From Tubulanus polymorphus (Eukaryota > Animalia > Nemertea), in contig NC_134026.1 of NCBI RefSeq assembly GCF_964204645.1, positions 6,533,950 through 6,597,949 on the forward strand: 64,000 nt of DNA, in the 5' to 3' direction. Shown one piece after another: positions 27,201 to 40,675 of the stretch. A model generated the notes under the pieces. That model had not been told where the DNA came from. It did not search any database and was given only the letters and a program-made list of their open reading frames with translations. The translations under genes and the position numbers were made by a program. How positions within the stretch are numbered: position 1 is the stretch's first letter; every line of letters starts with the position of its first letter.

Positions 27201-30200
27201 TATCACTGAATGTAAGTTGTGGCAGTGACTGCCATAGAGGGAGTTTACGTGACGTCACTGCACGTCATATTGAACGCCATGCGCAAGCAGCTAACTGCTA
27301 TTTTACAACCAGGGCGAACTTCGGTTTTCGTTAGTGTCAACGTCGGAGCTAATAATCGAACGCACCTCGGTCGTCAAAGTGTCGGCCATCTTGGAAATAG
27401 GTCCGAACTACAGCGACTGTGTTCAATCCCTTGGTCGACAATTTCCAGACTGCAGCTTGGACTTACGGACCTTCGGTTTCCAACTTAGTTTGACTAACTC
27501 CGATAACCGAAGTTCGCCCAGCATGACGAAGCGGGCAAACAATACGTGTGACATCCGTGCATTTCGACTAGATATACGCGATGAACTGTTCGGTTCATTC
27601 CGTAGCAAATCAGAACCTAATAAATTACAGACTACGAACGGATTTTTCACCTTCCCTGGAATCTAATGCGATTCAGAAGCCAATGAAAAGCTAGCGAAAA
27701 AAATTCAATCCATCGTTGACTATTTTGCACCTTTTCCAGCGCAACCACGCGTCACTGACAGTTAATTGAATGCTCCACATGCAGTCAACTTGTGATTCGA
27801 GCTCCGTGCTCGTTAAATCCTAAGAAATGCGATAGTTAGCATTTGCGTGAAATCACGATTTACTCTTATGACTTTTATGAACTCAATTCTACCGTTGCAT
27901 TAGACTCACAGCCATGGACTGGACACCGGGGGCGAATCCAACAAAACTGTGGAAATCAAACACGCATTACTGTGGAACTGATTCCAGAGTCAGGTCAAAC
28001 CTACATAACTGACCAATACACTGGGCCCAGACGCACCGATGAAAATAAGTATTGATGATCATTGAATTGAAGTAGATTACTGTGAGAAGTTGAGAAGTTC
28101 CGCTGTTGGTAATCATGATTTATCTGCATGTTCGCCGTGAAGCCCCCAGAAAGACGGACGACGCGACTCCCAGCTCGTAATTAAACAGCGAAAGAGAACT
28201 TATTTTCTGCGTGACTTGTCATTTCATTTGTCAATGTTTTCAGCTGATTCAAAATAAGGTAACTAGGAGAGAAATGCCTAGAATTATAATCATTTCCCTG
28301 GTAAGTTACCTTACCTCACAATTAGCTTCCATTTTTATCTCAGGGTTACGACTTATCACCGAAAGTCTCGTCCGAAAACAAAGTCTCGTTATCAGCCGTC
28401 AATGAGACGCCATTTCCGCTCTATCCCGTCTCCACGGGTGATAAAACACACCTTTAGCGTTAGTCGGATTTCTAAGAAGAAAGCAAATGGCGAAATATAA
28501 GCTATTGCGGTGCTTTTTTCTGAGTTTTAATAGCTATTTTTATCGGTCGATTTTGAATGCCAAGGTTGATTCTGATCATTCTGGCGAGAAGCGATATAGC
28601 TATATACGGCTTTTAAGATATTGGATTCTTGGATGAAATATAATGGATGCATTTTTCTTGTTCCGTGGTGTGAACAAAATCCGATCCGAATATGTCTTAA
28701 GTTTAAACAGGAGTTGCCGTCGACGCGAAGAGATTCTGAATGTCGTGATATCAATTTTGACACGGGTTTCCTGCCTTAATTGCCTTCGTAGTTAAACTAC
28801 TGAATGTCTCTTATTCCGACAGAAATAACACACACGTCACCAAACCAACCGTAGGCTCTCCAGAGATCCAATTAATTATCGGGCTCTATGATTAATGTTT
28901 TATAGACACCAGACTGTCTGCTATTTAAGCGCATTCCGTTCTATACAAAATCCATTGAAATCACGAAAATTGAAAATACTCAAAATTTGCTTGATATGAT
29001 ACTTAATAACATATTCAATGATTATAGTAAAAACGCAACTAATCTTCAGATCTGGATGATAGGATGAAACATGTAAATAAAATCATCTAATCATCCTGAA
29101 GATTTTGATAGTTGCGCTTTTACAACTATTTGACTATCCCGATGCTCTTCCGAAATTCTAATAACAAATCCGAATTTAATTCCATCAGAATTCACCTTTG
29201 TCCTTTAAACCTGTTTTTAAAGAACATCGTCAGGTTTGAAATTTCACATTTCATTTCCTTGCATTCCTAATATCTTAATTTCAAAACTACAAGTAGCATG
29301 TAAACGCGTTTGATAGAGCTATGCCTTCGTCTAAATCTTATTCATCGATAGAAACGTGCTGTAAATCGGTAATTAAAACCATCACCTGAAAAAACAGGTT
29401 TCGATTGGTGGCGAATTTTAGAAATAACTTCGTTGTAGACAAACGAATGGGACCTCCGAGATATCAAATACACGCGATATTTCGTGATAGTTCAGACAAT
29501 CAATTGATTGCTCTATACGCAATTCTATCACTAGAGAATTTCTTCTTGGAGTCGTTTCAGGGAAGAGGGAGGGGAAGAGGCAGAGGCAGAGGCAGGGGCA
29601 GGGGCAGGGGCAGAGGTAGAGGCAGAGGCAGAGGCAGGGGCAGGGGCAGGGGCAGGGGCAGGGGCAGAGGCAGAGGCAGAGGTAGGGGGCAGGGGCAGGG
29701 GCAGAGGCAGAGGCAGAGGCAGGGGCAGGGGCAGGGGCAGGCGCAGGGACAGAGGCAGGGGCAGGGGCAGGGGCAGAGGTAGAGGCAGAGGCAGAGGCAG
29801 AGGCAGGGGCAGGGGCAGGGGCAGGCGCAGGGACAGAGGCAGGGGCAGGGGCAGAGGGAGAGGCAGAGGCAGAGGGAGGAGGAGAGGCAGAGGCAGAGGC
29901 AGGCGCAGAGGCAGAGGGAGGGGGAGAGGCAGAGGCAGAGGCAGGCGCAGAGGCAGAGGCAGAGGGAGGGGGAGAGGCAGAGGCAGAGGCAGAAAACCAC
30001 GCCCGAATCGTCCACTTCTTAAATCATACTTATCTATGACTACAGCAGAATCCGATCGCGGACTAATTATTTTGGATTTCCGGGTTTATATCATCGCGTT
30101 GTCTGGCGATATGGCATCATTCTAGAGGGGGATGTCAGTAATTGAAGACGCTGAGAGCGGTTTTATCTCCAGTGCCCTGGCAATCATTTGTCGTCATTTA

Positions 30201-32562
30201 TTACAGCCAGGAAAATTACAGAGAGCGTACGACCGTGCGCTGCTCTCTACAGTAATCAGTATTCCCACTGTGCGCCTCTTATACGTTACACCTTGCGGTA
30301 ATTTTATCAGGAAAAACGTAATATTGTTTGTTCCCAGTGATTGTGTATATTTTTTCGGTTAATGCATCACGATTATTCCCTCATCCAAACATATTTTTCT
30401 TTTGAATTATTTGGTTCGATTATAAGACTGGAGACGGTACGACGAATAGGGTTTACACTCTAAGATGATTTTGCGACCTGACGCTTGGTCTGAAACGTGA
30501 CGTCACATGTATTCCCACTGAAGACTTCGCTGTCTGATGACACCTGCTACATGACGTCATATTGACCGTCAAGTACAAATAGCTAGATGACGTATTAGAG
30601 GCACGTTGGACGTACAATATGACGCCATATTGGCCGTCTAATGGTCGTCAACTGTAACTCTAAATAGGTCATTCAACCGCTTGCGTTTGATGGCCGATGT
30701 AGAGAACGATGTGATGTCACAGTCTCCACAATATCAGTGTAACCACTGATGAAATACCCTGATGAGTCCGTGTTGTGGCGATAACAACTCCAATCCCGCA
30801 CACTGGGAATAAAAATAGTCCGAAATGTTTCCTAGAGCTAATTTATGCGACGTTTAGAGGGATGACATTTAGGATGTAGTCGATACGTTGAATAAAATAG
30901 TAGCTCGAGGCGACATTTCGGACTCTAGCGTGGGATGATGTTTAGCGTGTGCAGAACTAATAGAGGGCGCTCGCTATGTATCGTAGCGGGTTATTATGCT
31001 CTGGCGTATTGTATGTATATTGAGCGCTTCACATATTCCCTGTTGAAGGAACGAGTCGGAGCAAACAAAATATCTGTGCGCTGAAGATGATGACGTTTCT
31101 TTATAAAACGAGATGAAATTATGATATTAAAAATAATTGAAACGAAATCATGACTTTTTCGATCATATTCTATTCTAAGATGAAGTATTTGTGGATGCCA
31201 CTTATTCATTCGGGATATTTTATCACATACATAAACTTCCATATGGAACTTGAATAACCCTATGTTATTACTGCAATTTGGCGTATAGTGAATTGAAGGT
31301 ACGCGGTAATAATGCCAGAGGTAAAAATGCCAGAGGAAATAATGCCAGAGGGGTAAATCGATGAAATACAGCAAACTTACTCGTCGAAAACTACTCAAAT
31401 TTGTGGGAAAAGTTCCTGCTAAACCTTTGATTCCATTAATTACAACAGAAACTTCTCATAAACTATTCATCTCACTGTTGCTTTGGTATCATGAATCCTA
31501 GCAAACTAACTCGTCAAAAACTACTCAAATGTGTCAGGGTACCAAACCTGCTAAACCTTTGATTCTACTAATTGCAACAAACTGGTTTGTCAAAAACGTC
31601 ACATAAACTATTCATCTGACTGTTGCTTTGATATCATGAATCCTAGCGAACTAACTCGTCAAAAACTACTCAAATGTGTCAGGGTACAATTTCAGCCATT
31701 ATTTTATAGATTTGTGATCCTCTTTATTTTATAATTTTGTCATTCATTTTTTGATTTTTATTACCGTATTATGTATATCTAATCTGTGCATTCATTACGT
31801 AAAATCTGGCATTTTTACCTATGATGTGATTTCTACCTCTGGCATTTTTACTTCTGGCATTATTTCCTATGGCATTTTTACCTCTGGCATTATTACCTGG
31901 ATTTGAATTGAATAATGCACGAAAGACTTCCATATTTACAGGTTGAAAATCAAAGAATTTGAAATAAACCTGACGCGATAAGTCCGATGGGTTGATTATG
32001 TGTATCAGCAGTCATGATTTTGACCTTTTCCTTGTTTTTGCGCGTTCTGGTGCCCGAATCGTAAGGCCCGAATCGGCCACCATAGCCTCGAGAGTAGTGA
32101 AAGGTGTTTACCTTTCTTTTACATCGTAAATAGACATTTGCGATGGATGTTGGGTTTATAGGGAGAAAAACAAGCTGTAGACTTTCAACTGTAAATTGAT
32201 TGATACTTACACATTACCTCGCCAAGATACCAGATGTCTTTATTGTAGAATTCCTGCAGCCCGATCGGTGTACAAACTATCAATACTAACAGATCGGCAA
32301 CCGTCAAATTTACCAGAAACAAGTTCGTCGAATTTCGCATGTCTTTATTCAAGGCGATGACAAAAATCACCAGGATATTTCCGATAATTCCGAACACGAG
32401 AACGAATACGAACATGAACGTAACGGCGATAGTTAACGATACGGGAATATCAACGTTTATATAGTTCCCTTCGGGGGCAGACATTGAGCTCCAGTTCAAC
32501 ATCGTGAAATTCGCATCGTCCATTTTCCACGATAGGTTCTCTTTTCTACTATCCATTTTCAT
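24243..32562 (-). CDS. ETHR: Class A neuropeptide GPCR, ecdysis-triggering hormone receptor (ETHR)-like; two coding exons
   Basis: Exon 1 is 32211-32562 (GN..VI..NKDMRNSTNLFLVNLTVADLLVLIVCTP..W.LGEVMC). A phase-1 intron spans 25052-32210. Exon 2 is 24243-25051 (K..PFLENAVTHASVLTILAISMERYYAICHPL ... FFVCMLPFRVL ... YFCRLMIYINSAVNPIVYNVISTKFR). The motifs KDMRNSTN, HASVLTILAIS.ERYYAIC and YFCR.M.Y.NSA.NP..YN..S.KFR match the ETHR family as I know it. Confidence 0.88.
29558..29993 (+). repeat. Purine-rich hexamer satellite (GGCAGR)n
   Basis: About 430 bp of GGCAGG/GGCAGA units in the GPCR intron. It produces the spurious GR/LP-repeat ORFs. Confidence 0.95.
31298..31903. mobile_element. Foldback (MULE-like) non-autonomous element with 9-bp TSD
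   Basis: 15-bp subterminal repeats (GGTAAWAATGCCAGA)n occur in inverted orientation at the two ends. An internal ~135-bp tandem duplication spans 31370-31690. The TSD TGAATTGAA is at 31289-31297 and 31904-31912. Confidence 0.75.
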
Positions 32563-35489
32563 TAATGACCAGACGTGATTTTCAAATTTATCGCTTTGAA
32601 TATTTCATAGCGCGTTCGACGTTATAGTTCGGTGTTGTTGTTATGCCTCGAAATCTGACGTGTGTTCATCTTTAATCTCTGTTTAGATGAATGTATTATC
32701 GAAACCGTCGCCAGTTATAATTGCTATCTTCAATAATTATAACTTAAAGACCTGCGCACGCGTTTATCCGTATGACTTACAATCGGCGAACGCGTCGAGA
32801 TGTTTGCAAACATATTCCATACGAGACCGAAATCCGCGGGAGTACTGCATATATATAGATTCGCTAATCTGAGAGGTTTATGCGAAACAGATTTTGTCAC
32901 TGCGCAATTAACGAGTCGCAAATCTGCGCGTTTTATCGAGGGACCGCATGAATCAAGATCGCTTCAAATCAGTCTTCGAGAGTGGGCATAGAATTAACGG
33001 TTGTGTTAACACAAGACGAACACTTCGTGTTATCTACTGTTATCATGTTTCAAACGTGTAGTGATATATGTGATTAGTTTCGTCATGTCGTCCCCGCTCA
33101 GTTGTGGAGTTTCGTCAAAATAATCACTGTCCGCAAAACATATCTCGACGTTCTAAAAGAAATAGGCCTGCGCATATCTTCCATTTTTTCCGCCCAAGCT
33201 CGAAGCGAAGTCGCCTTTAATCCTGCGCTGATTATACGACTGATTAATATTAGATTTTTTTTTCATTGTCGTTTCATCATCGGATGTGGTCTAAACAGGC
33301 TTTATTAGAGTATTCTACGTGTGTGGTGATTCAATTCAATTCAATATATTTATTTGCATAGAAGAGGTAAACATATATACAATCTACACAGGCCTAGCAA
33401 AGCTAAAAAAGGCCGCTTAACGCTAGCACCCATACAAAAAACAAAACAACCGTAACAAAAATATACACGAATGTAACCCAACAGCGTCGCGCTCAGCCTG
33501 TCTTTATAAACCATGGTTTTTCTCGCTATGAAGATCCTGAGATTTTTAGAATTAATTCAATTCAATTCTATTCAATCAAATGGCTTCATATAAAGATTCG
33601 AACTGCGGATTTTCGTTGATTTATTCTACAAATGGAATCCTTGGAAAACTATTGACAACTTTATAATTCATCAAACACAGGACAGGTGTTCCTCAATGAA
33701 CTGTTCCACAATTGATTTACAATATGCTAGTAGCAAAGCAACCAACCCCCAACGGTTGTTTTAACCGGTGTTTAAAGGTGCCCCCCTTTTTTTATTCTGG
33801 CTTCTAGTCCTTCGCAGGTGTCCTAAAAGTCACCGATTTTTCGCCGTAAGTTCGCAGAAAACGTTCGTCGTTTCTGAAAACCTACGATTTATAAACAGAT
33901 TATGTCGAGCCCATTTGTCGACGCTGAGATCGTCCGCAAATTCACATTTCTACGGTTTTGCCACATCATCTATTTTCAACCGGTTCTCTGTGGTTTCTCG
34001 TGGCTTGTGCCATTTATTTGATATAGTTATCTACGACCATTCTTTTTGATAATATTCCGCGTGTTCCGGTGTAAATATGGACTACATCAATCCGAACCTG
34101 ATCCCACCCGCATTCGTCGTTCACACTCCTATCGCTTCGTTTAACTTAGCTTTCTCGAGTTAAGGCCTTGAATGGGCCTTGTACGCAGCTTCACCTGATA
34201 TTGTATAGCTTTACCGCAGGGTCGAAGCTGGCATTTTCTGCTCGAGATTCATTTTTGTCATCGTGGAAACGGAACGCGAGTGCAGAAAAGTCGATAGTAG
34301 GAGTCGTCGTCAGAAAAAACAAACGGAGATGAGTTTTCAAACAGGGTTTTGAAAAAGGTTTGAAAGGCCGGTGTATCCTTAAATGTTTAACGAATATCCG
34401 AATACAGCGGAAAACCAATTAGTTTTTCTTTTTTTTCTTTAATTTTCAACAACTTTCTCAAGTTCAAATTCAAGTAAATTTATTTCATGGTATAAAGAAA
34501 ACATAAGATACACAGACATATACACAATTCCTATAGATCAGTGATTCTCCTTGAATGAGTTATAGACCTACATCAAAAAAAGCCCCAGCTAAATTCACGG
34601 GCAATAAATCGATAAAGTTGGAAGTCCTGGGCCGAAAATCAGTCATAGATATTAAGACTAAGATTTTTAGTCTGTTAATGTGATTGGTTATAGGCCTAAC
34701 CGATCTTAAGTTGGCTATAGAACCAAAGGAAGCTTAGACTGGTCTTAGGTTGTAAGATGGGTTTAGGGCTAAAATGTTTTTTGGCTGATCTCAAATCTTC
34801 CAACACTCCACAACCGGCTACTACAGAGCTGCAAAACACCCTTGATGTTTCCAAGGGTGTTTGAGTGCTACTGCGACCATTTAACGGACCATTACGACTC
34901 TAGAGACTAAAGATACCCGCTGATAATACAATTAGCGCGGCAGCAAATGTGATTTTTTTATGAAGTAACACGCGTCGAGTGACAAGAATATTGATGCGGG
35001 AGAATCTTGTATTGATACCTGTTAATGTGATAGAGAATTTATCTATAATTCCAACCGTTCTATATCAATCGCGAAGAACTTGAAGATCTTCATTCAGTTC
35101 ACCTAATAACGGAATACATTAAGCCTCTTTCGCTCATAGAAAAAACCGTGTGTTTATTTTTGCGAATATACCAACCATACAACTTTTCATCATCATTCAC
35201 GATGAATCGCAGAATGACATTATTACGCATCACGCCAGGGACCTCATATTTCCTTAACCACGTTATCAATTAAATGATGCGCATTCACACCGCTTAGGTG
35301 GAATAGTAGGATTGATTCCGTGATAAAAATAAACCTTTTGAATAATCGACTGATAAACAGTACATCAATCCGGGTCAAACCCAGGTTAAGAATATAACTT
35401 GGCTATTCATAGTGGCTCAAAATTCTATAAAGTGTTGAATGATGTATGAAATGATTAAAGAGTATTCATTACTACTCGCATGCCACAGT

Positions 35490-35600
<111 letters not shown>

Positions 35601-38600
35601 CTCCGACTTCTTCTCTGGAGATGACGAAAATTGGGTCCTAGTTAGTTCAGGTACGGGGCGTAGGGGCTCCAATGTCGTTAATTAACATTAAGATACGGCA
35701 TATTTGTACATTGTGGGTTTTAATCATGACACCATCGCTTGCCAGGGTTTGATTTGCATGACAGTCGTTTCTCTTTCGGCCCGAGGCCGCTTAATCATTT
35801 TACCTGGAGCACCGCGAGATGGCGACCGTGTAAAAGACCACCCACCGATCATTATAAAACGATACCTTTCGATAAAATCTGTTATTTTATGACGCGTGTT
35901 TAAGAGATTCCGAGCCGTGTTTTCCATCAACATCACCGCGAGATTCTATCACGTGTGTTTATTCACCGGTCAGTGTGTGTTATAAAATATTGTAAAAACA
36001 CCGCATGTAAACATCTTTCACGTAATTGACGAGACTTCGTTATCACCAGCGCCGCATAAACGAGAATTAAAACAAATTCCTGATGTTCGGGGAGAAGATG
36101 CCGCCTGATACGAGTAGTTTGTACCCATTCAACCTCGAGCTTCAACGAATAGAAATACGTTTTATGGGACTTTCGTTTTGGAAAATAAGATTAAAGCAAT
36201 ATGCGGGTATAGATTCTCTTGATATCGGCTCCATTTTTGGGCCCCCATTGTACAATATGACTTAACATGTGTATAAATCAATGTTTCGTCAATATTGAAA
36301 GTGAAATTCCACAATTGAGAAGAAGGTTTATGGAGAACACAAAGTTTCGGCCGTTTCCAACTGCCATCATCAGGAGGCCGAGGATGTCTTGGGGCCCAGT
36401 ATAGAATAGTCGTGACTTAATCACAAACATGGTCTTAAATCTGATAGATTTCTATAGAACTGAATTGGTCTCGCATTTATGCCACGTCTGGGCAAATAGT
36501 CCCTGGTGATAGCTGTTTGGAAACAGCCAAAACTGCGTGATTTATGCGCCGCATATTAAAAAATATATAAAAACTTAGATTTTTTTTCTAGGGTCCAACC
36601 ATGAGTGGTACATTCGGTTGAAACGCAAATTAGGTTCTCAACTAGGCCACATTTGCAACCAACACAGAAAGTCCCCACTCTTACAAGAAATCCTTTAATT
36701 TCCCAACGCTACAAAACTCGAATTCATCAAAACACTCAAAGTCCATTTTCAACCATACGAAAATAAAGGTAATATATAACCATCAGAAGCAATATTGATA
36801 ATTACAAACCAGTATAAAATCTAATTTTTGCGATTTCTTTTCACAAATCTCAATGTTCAGTGAAATTGCAATGCGCAGTGGGAGACCCCTTTTGCGCGTA
36901 ATCTCAAACTCAAGCGGGTACAGATCAGTCGTCAGGAAAGATATTCAAAAAAATCCAAGGCAGGCTTAAACTGCAAATAACCCTCTTTAACCTCTGTGAA
37001 AATAGGAAATATAGCTTGAAGAGATACTTAGATATTTTAAAATTAATAAATATTGCGATTTCTTTTACGCACGGTTTAGATATGCGGTCCTTGGTTTCAC
37101 ATCGTCACTGTTCTCAATTGTTGAGTTCAAAAATTCCAAGAATCGCCAGCAAATATCTGCATTTAATTTCCTTTAAAATGGTGTATAAATCGATTTCGTC
37201 GAGCAAGGGACTGCAGAACTATATGATATTCAATCTAAACTTATGTTTTAAAAATGAGCGCAAATTATCACAACAATGGGGACCTCGCGGGACCGCCACA
37301 AAATGGCGCCTAGACACTGGAAACTTCTTTATTTTGAATGATGTTTTCTAAATCATTTAATTCTTCATTCGTAAAATTCCACTTTAATCACTTTTTTCGC
37401 CGATTAGTCAGTTTTCAAAAACGCGTAAATCATCCGCATTTTGTTTTTACCTAATGGAACTTCAAGTCCCCTGAAAGATGAGTCCCTGGTTTGTAACTAG
37501 CAAACGTAAACTAAACATTGAGATCATTCTTGCGAATAGAATATGCGCGCTTGACTCTGAAGACTACTCGAAAACGTCACATCTTTAATGCAGTGTCGAG
37601 CTCTGAACTGAAGTGTTCCCATTTTATGAAATACACATCTATATTTTTACAAGTTTTCTACACGTGTTTTTTTAATCGTGTAGTATATATATATATAAAG
37701 ATATATGCATATATATGATACGAGACCCTCTCTCTAAGCGGCGGGCCACACAGCGCTGTTTATTGCGTCTAGGTTTTCATACAGCCCTCACATGTCCCAG
37801 TGCCATTTGTATAGTATATCAGTGATAGTACATCATGGGAAACGCTGAACTGAATTCTCCGATTATAGGAAAAATGCATTGGCAAAAATGCAAGCGTAAC
37901 CGCAAACATAAACAGCGAATGGACAATATGGATATCATTGTACCTTTCGAAGTGACGAAACTCTAATCAGAGAGATATCAATGTGTATATACAGACCTAT
38001 TAAACACCGGCTAAATGTGCTTCAAGTTCGTTTTTTTTGTGAAAACTAGTTAAACCTAATATAGTTATAAATACGCTGGATATGGTTTTGATTTCTGACG
38101 CACATGTCGCGCAACATTGTCATTACATTTCTTATTCCGAAGTGAGGAACTCAGATAGACGGATGAAGTGCTCTTAATGGACATCTTTATTATCATAATG
38201 ATGGATTATTTTCTTCTCGTTACGCGAAATACAAGCGATACCGACGTCTTCCAGTGACTACACGTTGAATTTCAACAGATCTTTTACACTGAGAATTCTG
38301 CGTTAGTTAAAGAAGTTCCAGGCAAGTTGCGACGTAACAAGGTAAAAATTTACCGATCTACATGCGGAGCCCAGCTTCAAATGTGTTACGTTTATTACAA
38401 GATCATTCAACTTTAGATTCAAATATTAACTCCAAGATACGTCGACCAATCACGAGGGCTTAGTATTGATTGAGTTAGAGTTCGTTACGTAGCTGCCAAT
38501 TGTTTTAAGAATTAGTTTTAAACCAGAACTGTTGAATCGAGCTCTGGGTAGTGAGTGATTTAGCAGGCCCGCTACACGGAATATTCAGACGCGGGTCAAA

Positions 38601-40675
38601 ATATGCCCAGAAGGAATATTTCCCGCATGAATAAGACAAACAGGGAAAACGTGAATTTTATAGATTCTTAGTAAGTTGCGAGCGCTACCATTTCTATCGA
38701 AACAGTGCAGATTTTCAGGGCCGATTTCAGCCCCGATTACAGCAGAAAGTGACATGTTTTTCTTTAATCTGTCCATTTCTGAATTAAGTTTCGTACCGAT
38801 GAATCTTCGAGACATTTCGAAATATTCCAGGGTCGTGCAAACCCCTCGGAACCCCGTCTACGGGTCTGATATTCAAATAAATCCGGAACGAGCATAGAAG
38901 TACAGTCGATATATATCACAGGTTTAATAACTGTAAATAAGGATCCAATGTCTGACGTGTTTATTGTCGGAAGTTTTACACATTAGACTTGTTCGGCGAG
39001 AAAAGGTACTCGACAGTCAATGCGACGGGTTTAAGAATCATTGTTCTACAACTTCAATTCAAATGTGTAAGTTTGTTTTATATAAAAACGCCGTTTATTT
39101 GTAATTCGCACAGAGGACTCTCTCTTTCGCTATTCTATACCGCGACTATATAGTGTCTCCTTCAACCGCCTTGGTTTTGGCTTCGAATTCAGCTGTGAAG
39201 TGAAATGAAAAGTGTGTCAGGGATAATTTGTCATTTTCTAGGGTGAGCTGTCACGGACATCGAGCTCTATCGAGATCAATACAAATTCAAGATGTCTCAC
39301 CCCGATCCTTTGTGACGAGCTGTCAAATTATATCGTTGATTTATACGTTGAATTGGAAAATATTCTCTACCCCTACCTCCCCCCCCCCCAAAGAACTTCA
39401 CTAAACACTTGTGTAAATTATCTTTTGACAAGTCATTACACTACATCAAAATAATGAAGACACATTCATGGTTGTTTATGTTTCGCGTTAAAAAAAAACA
39501 CTTTTCGCGATTATTTTCTCATACAACGCGTCGAGTTTGTCGTATTATTTATTAGACTGAATGAGTACAGAGCGGGTTGAAGAAAAATTCTGAAATGCAT
39601 GCACGAATGTATTGCACAATTTTCATTAATTTTTCCATAACTATATTTATTATTTATTATGATTAATGACGCCAAAATAATTTACAAAATTTCTCCACAA
39701 AAATAACCCCTATGATATATACGTGTATATTCTATCACATGGAATGTCTCTGGTAGAATATGTGAACCTTTTTCAGAGATCCGAGATCTTTTCCCTTTCA
39801 ACTAAATACTGTACACCTTGGGCCTTTTTAGTTACTTTGAGCGCGGAGCCGCCGCCCAGAATTCTGCAAAAATCATCAAATTGAAAGCAAATTTCCTTGA
39901 GTCCTTCGTGTCTTCCAATTTATCAATAGGAATTTTTTTTTTGTTAATATTTCCGTCTTGATTTTCAATCTAGTATCTTATACAAATTACGTTCATTTCA
40001 ATTTTCAATCTTATGATTTGCAAAAAGTGTTTTTTCATTTCTCCCATAATTTGAATAAGATTCATAAATTTCATTTTTTGCAGTCCTTCCGAGATTTTAT
40101 GTGGAAAATGCTCAAATGATAAAGAAATTATCACTGTTATGTTTTTTCCTGTTCCCTTTCATTTCAAAACGCCTATTATGAAGAAAATTTGTTTTTACTT
40201 GAATTTCGTACTGTTTTACTGTACTGTACAAAAAGATTCGTACTCCATGTAATTAAAAAAGGCCTTACCATAGCACCTATATTAGAACATTGAATAAAAG
40301 TTATGAGTCGTTTTGCCCACACACTATAGTTCAGAAATGACACTTCGATCTTTGTATCAGACAGCTCAATTATCGATGTAACCAGATACTTCAGGTACTT
40401 GCCGCTACCACAGTGTTCCCTCGGTCAGGATTCGAACCTGATGTTACATGGCTGAGTCACGCGATGCCATCAGGTTCGAATTCCTATTGAAGGAGGTAGC
40501 CTTACACTAGGAATCTCTGTTCCTTCACATCTAACTCTATGTGTATATAACGTGTGCTGCCCGAACCCTTCAGGGCATGTCCTATGAAAAATATTCCATG
40601 CCTCTCCGACTGTTCCCGACGGTGCGCTGCAACGAATTACTCCGAACATCGCCGAACGTTCCCGAGTTTCAACGA

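Noticed and set aside
29405-30015. ORFs encoding GR/GQ and LP/LC/CP repeats
   Set aside because: They are translations of the (GGCAGR)n satellite, with no splice context.
30750-30830. CTGATGAGTCC hammerhead-like start (also CTGATGA at 10458 and 56955)
   Set aside because: No convincing stem II followed by GAAA and a cleavage triplet could be drawn.
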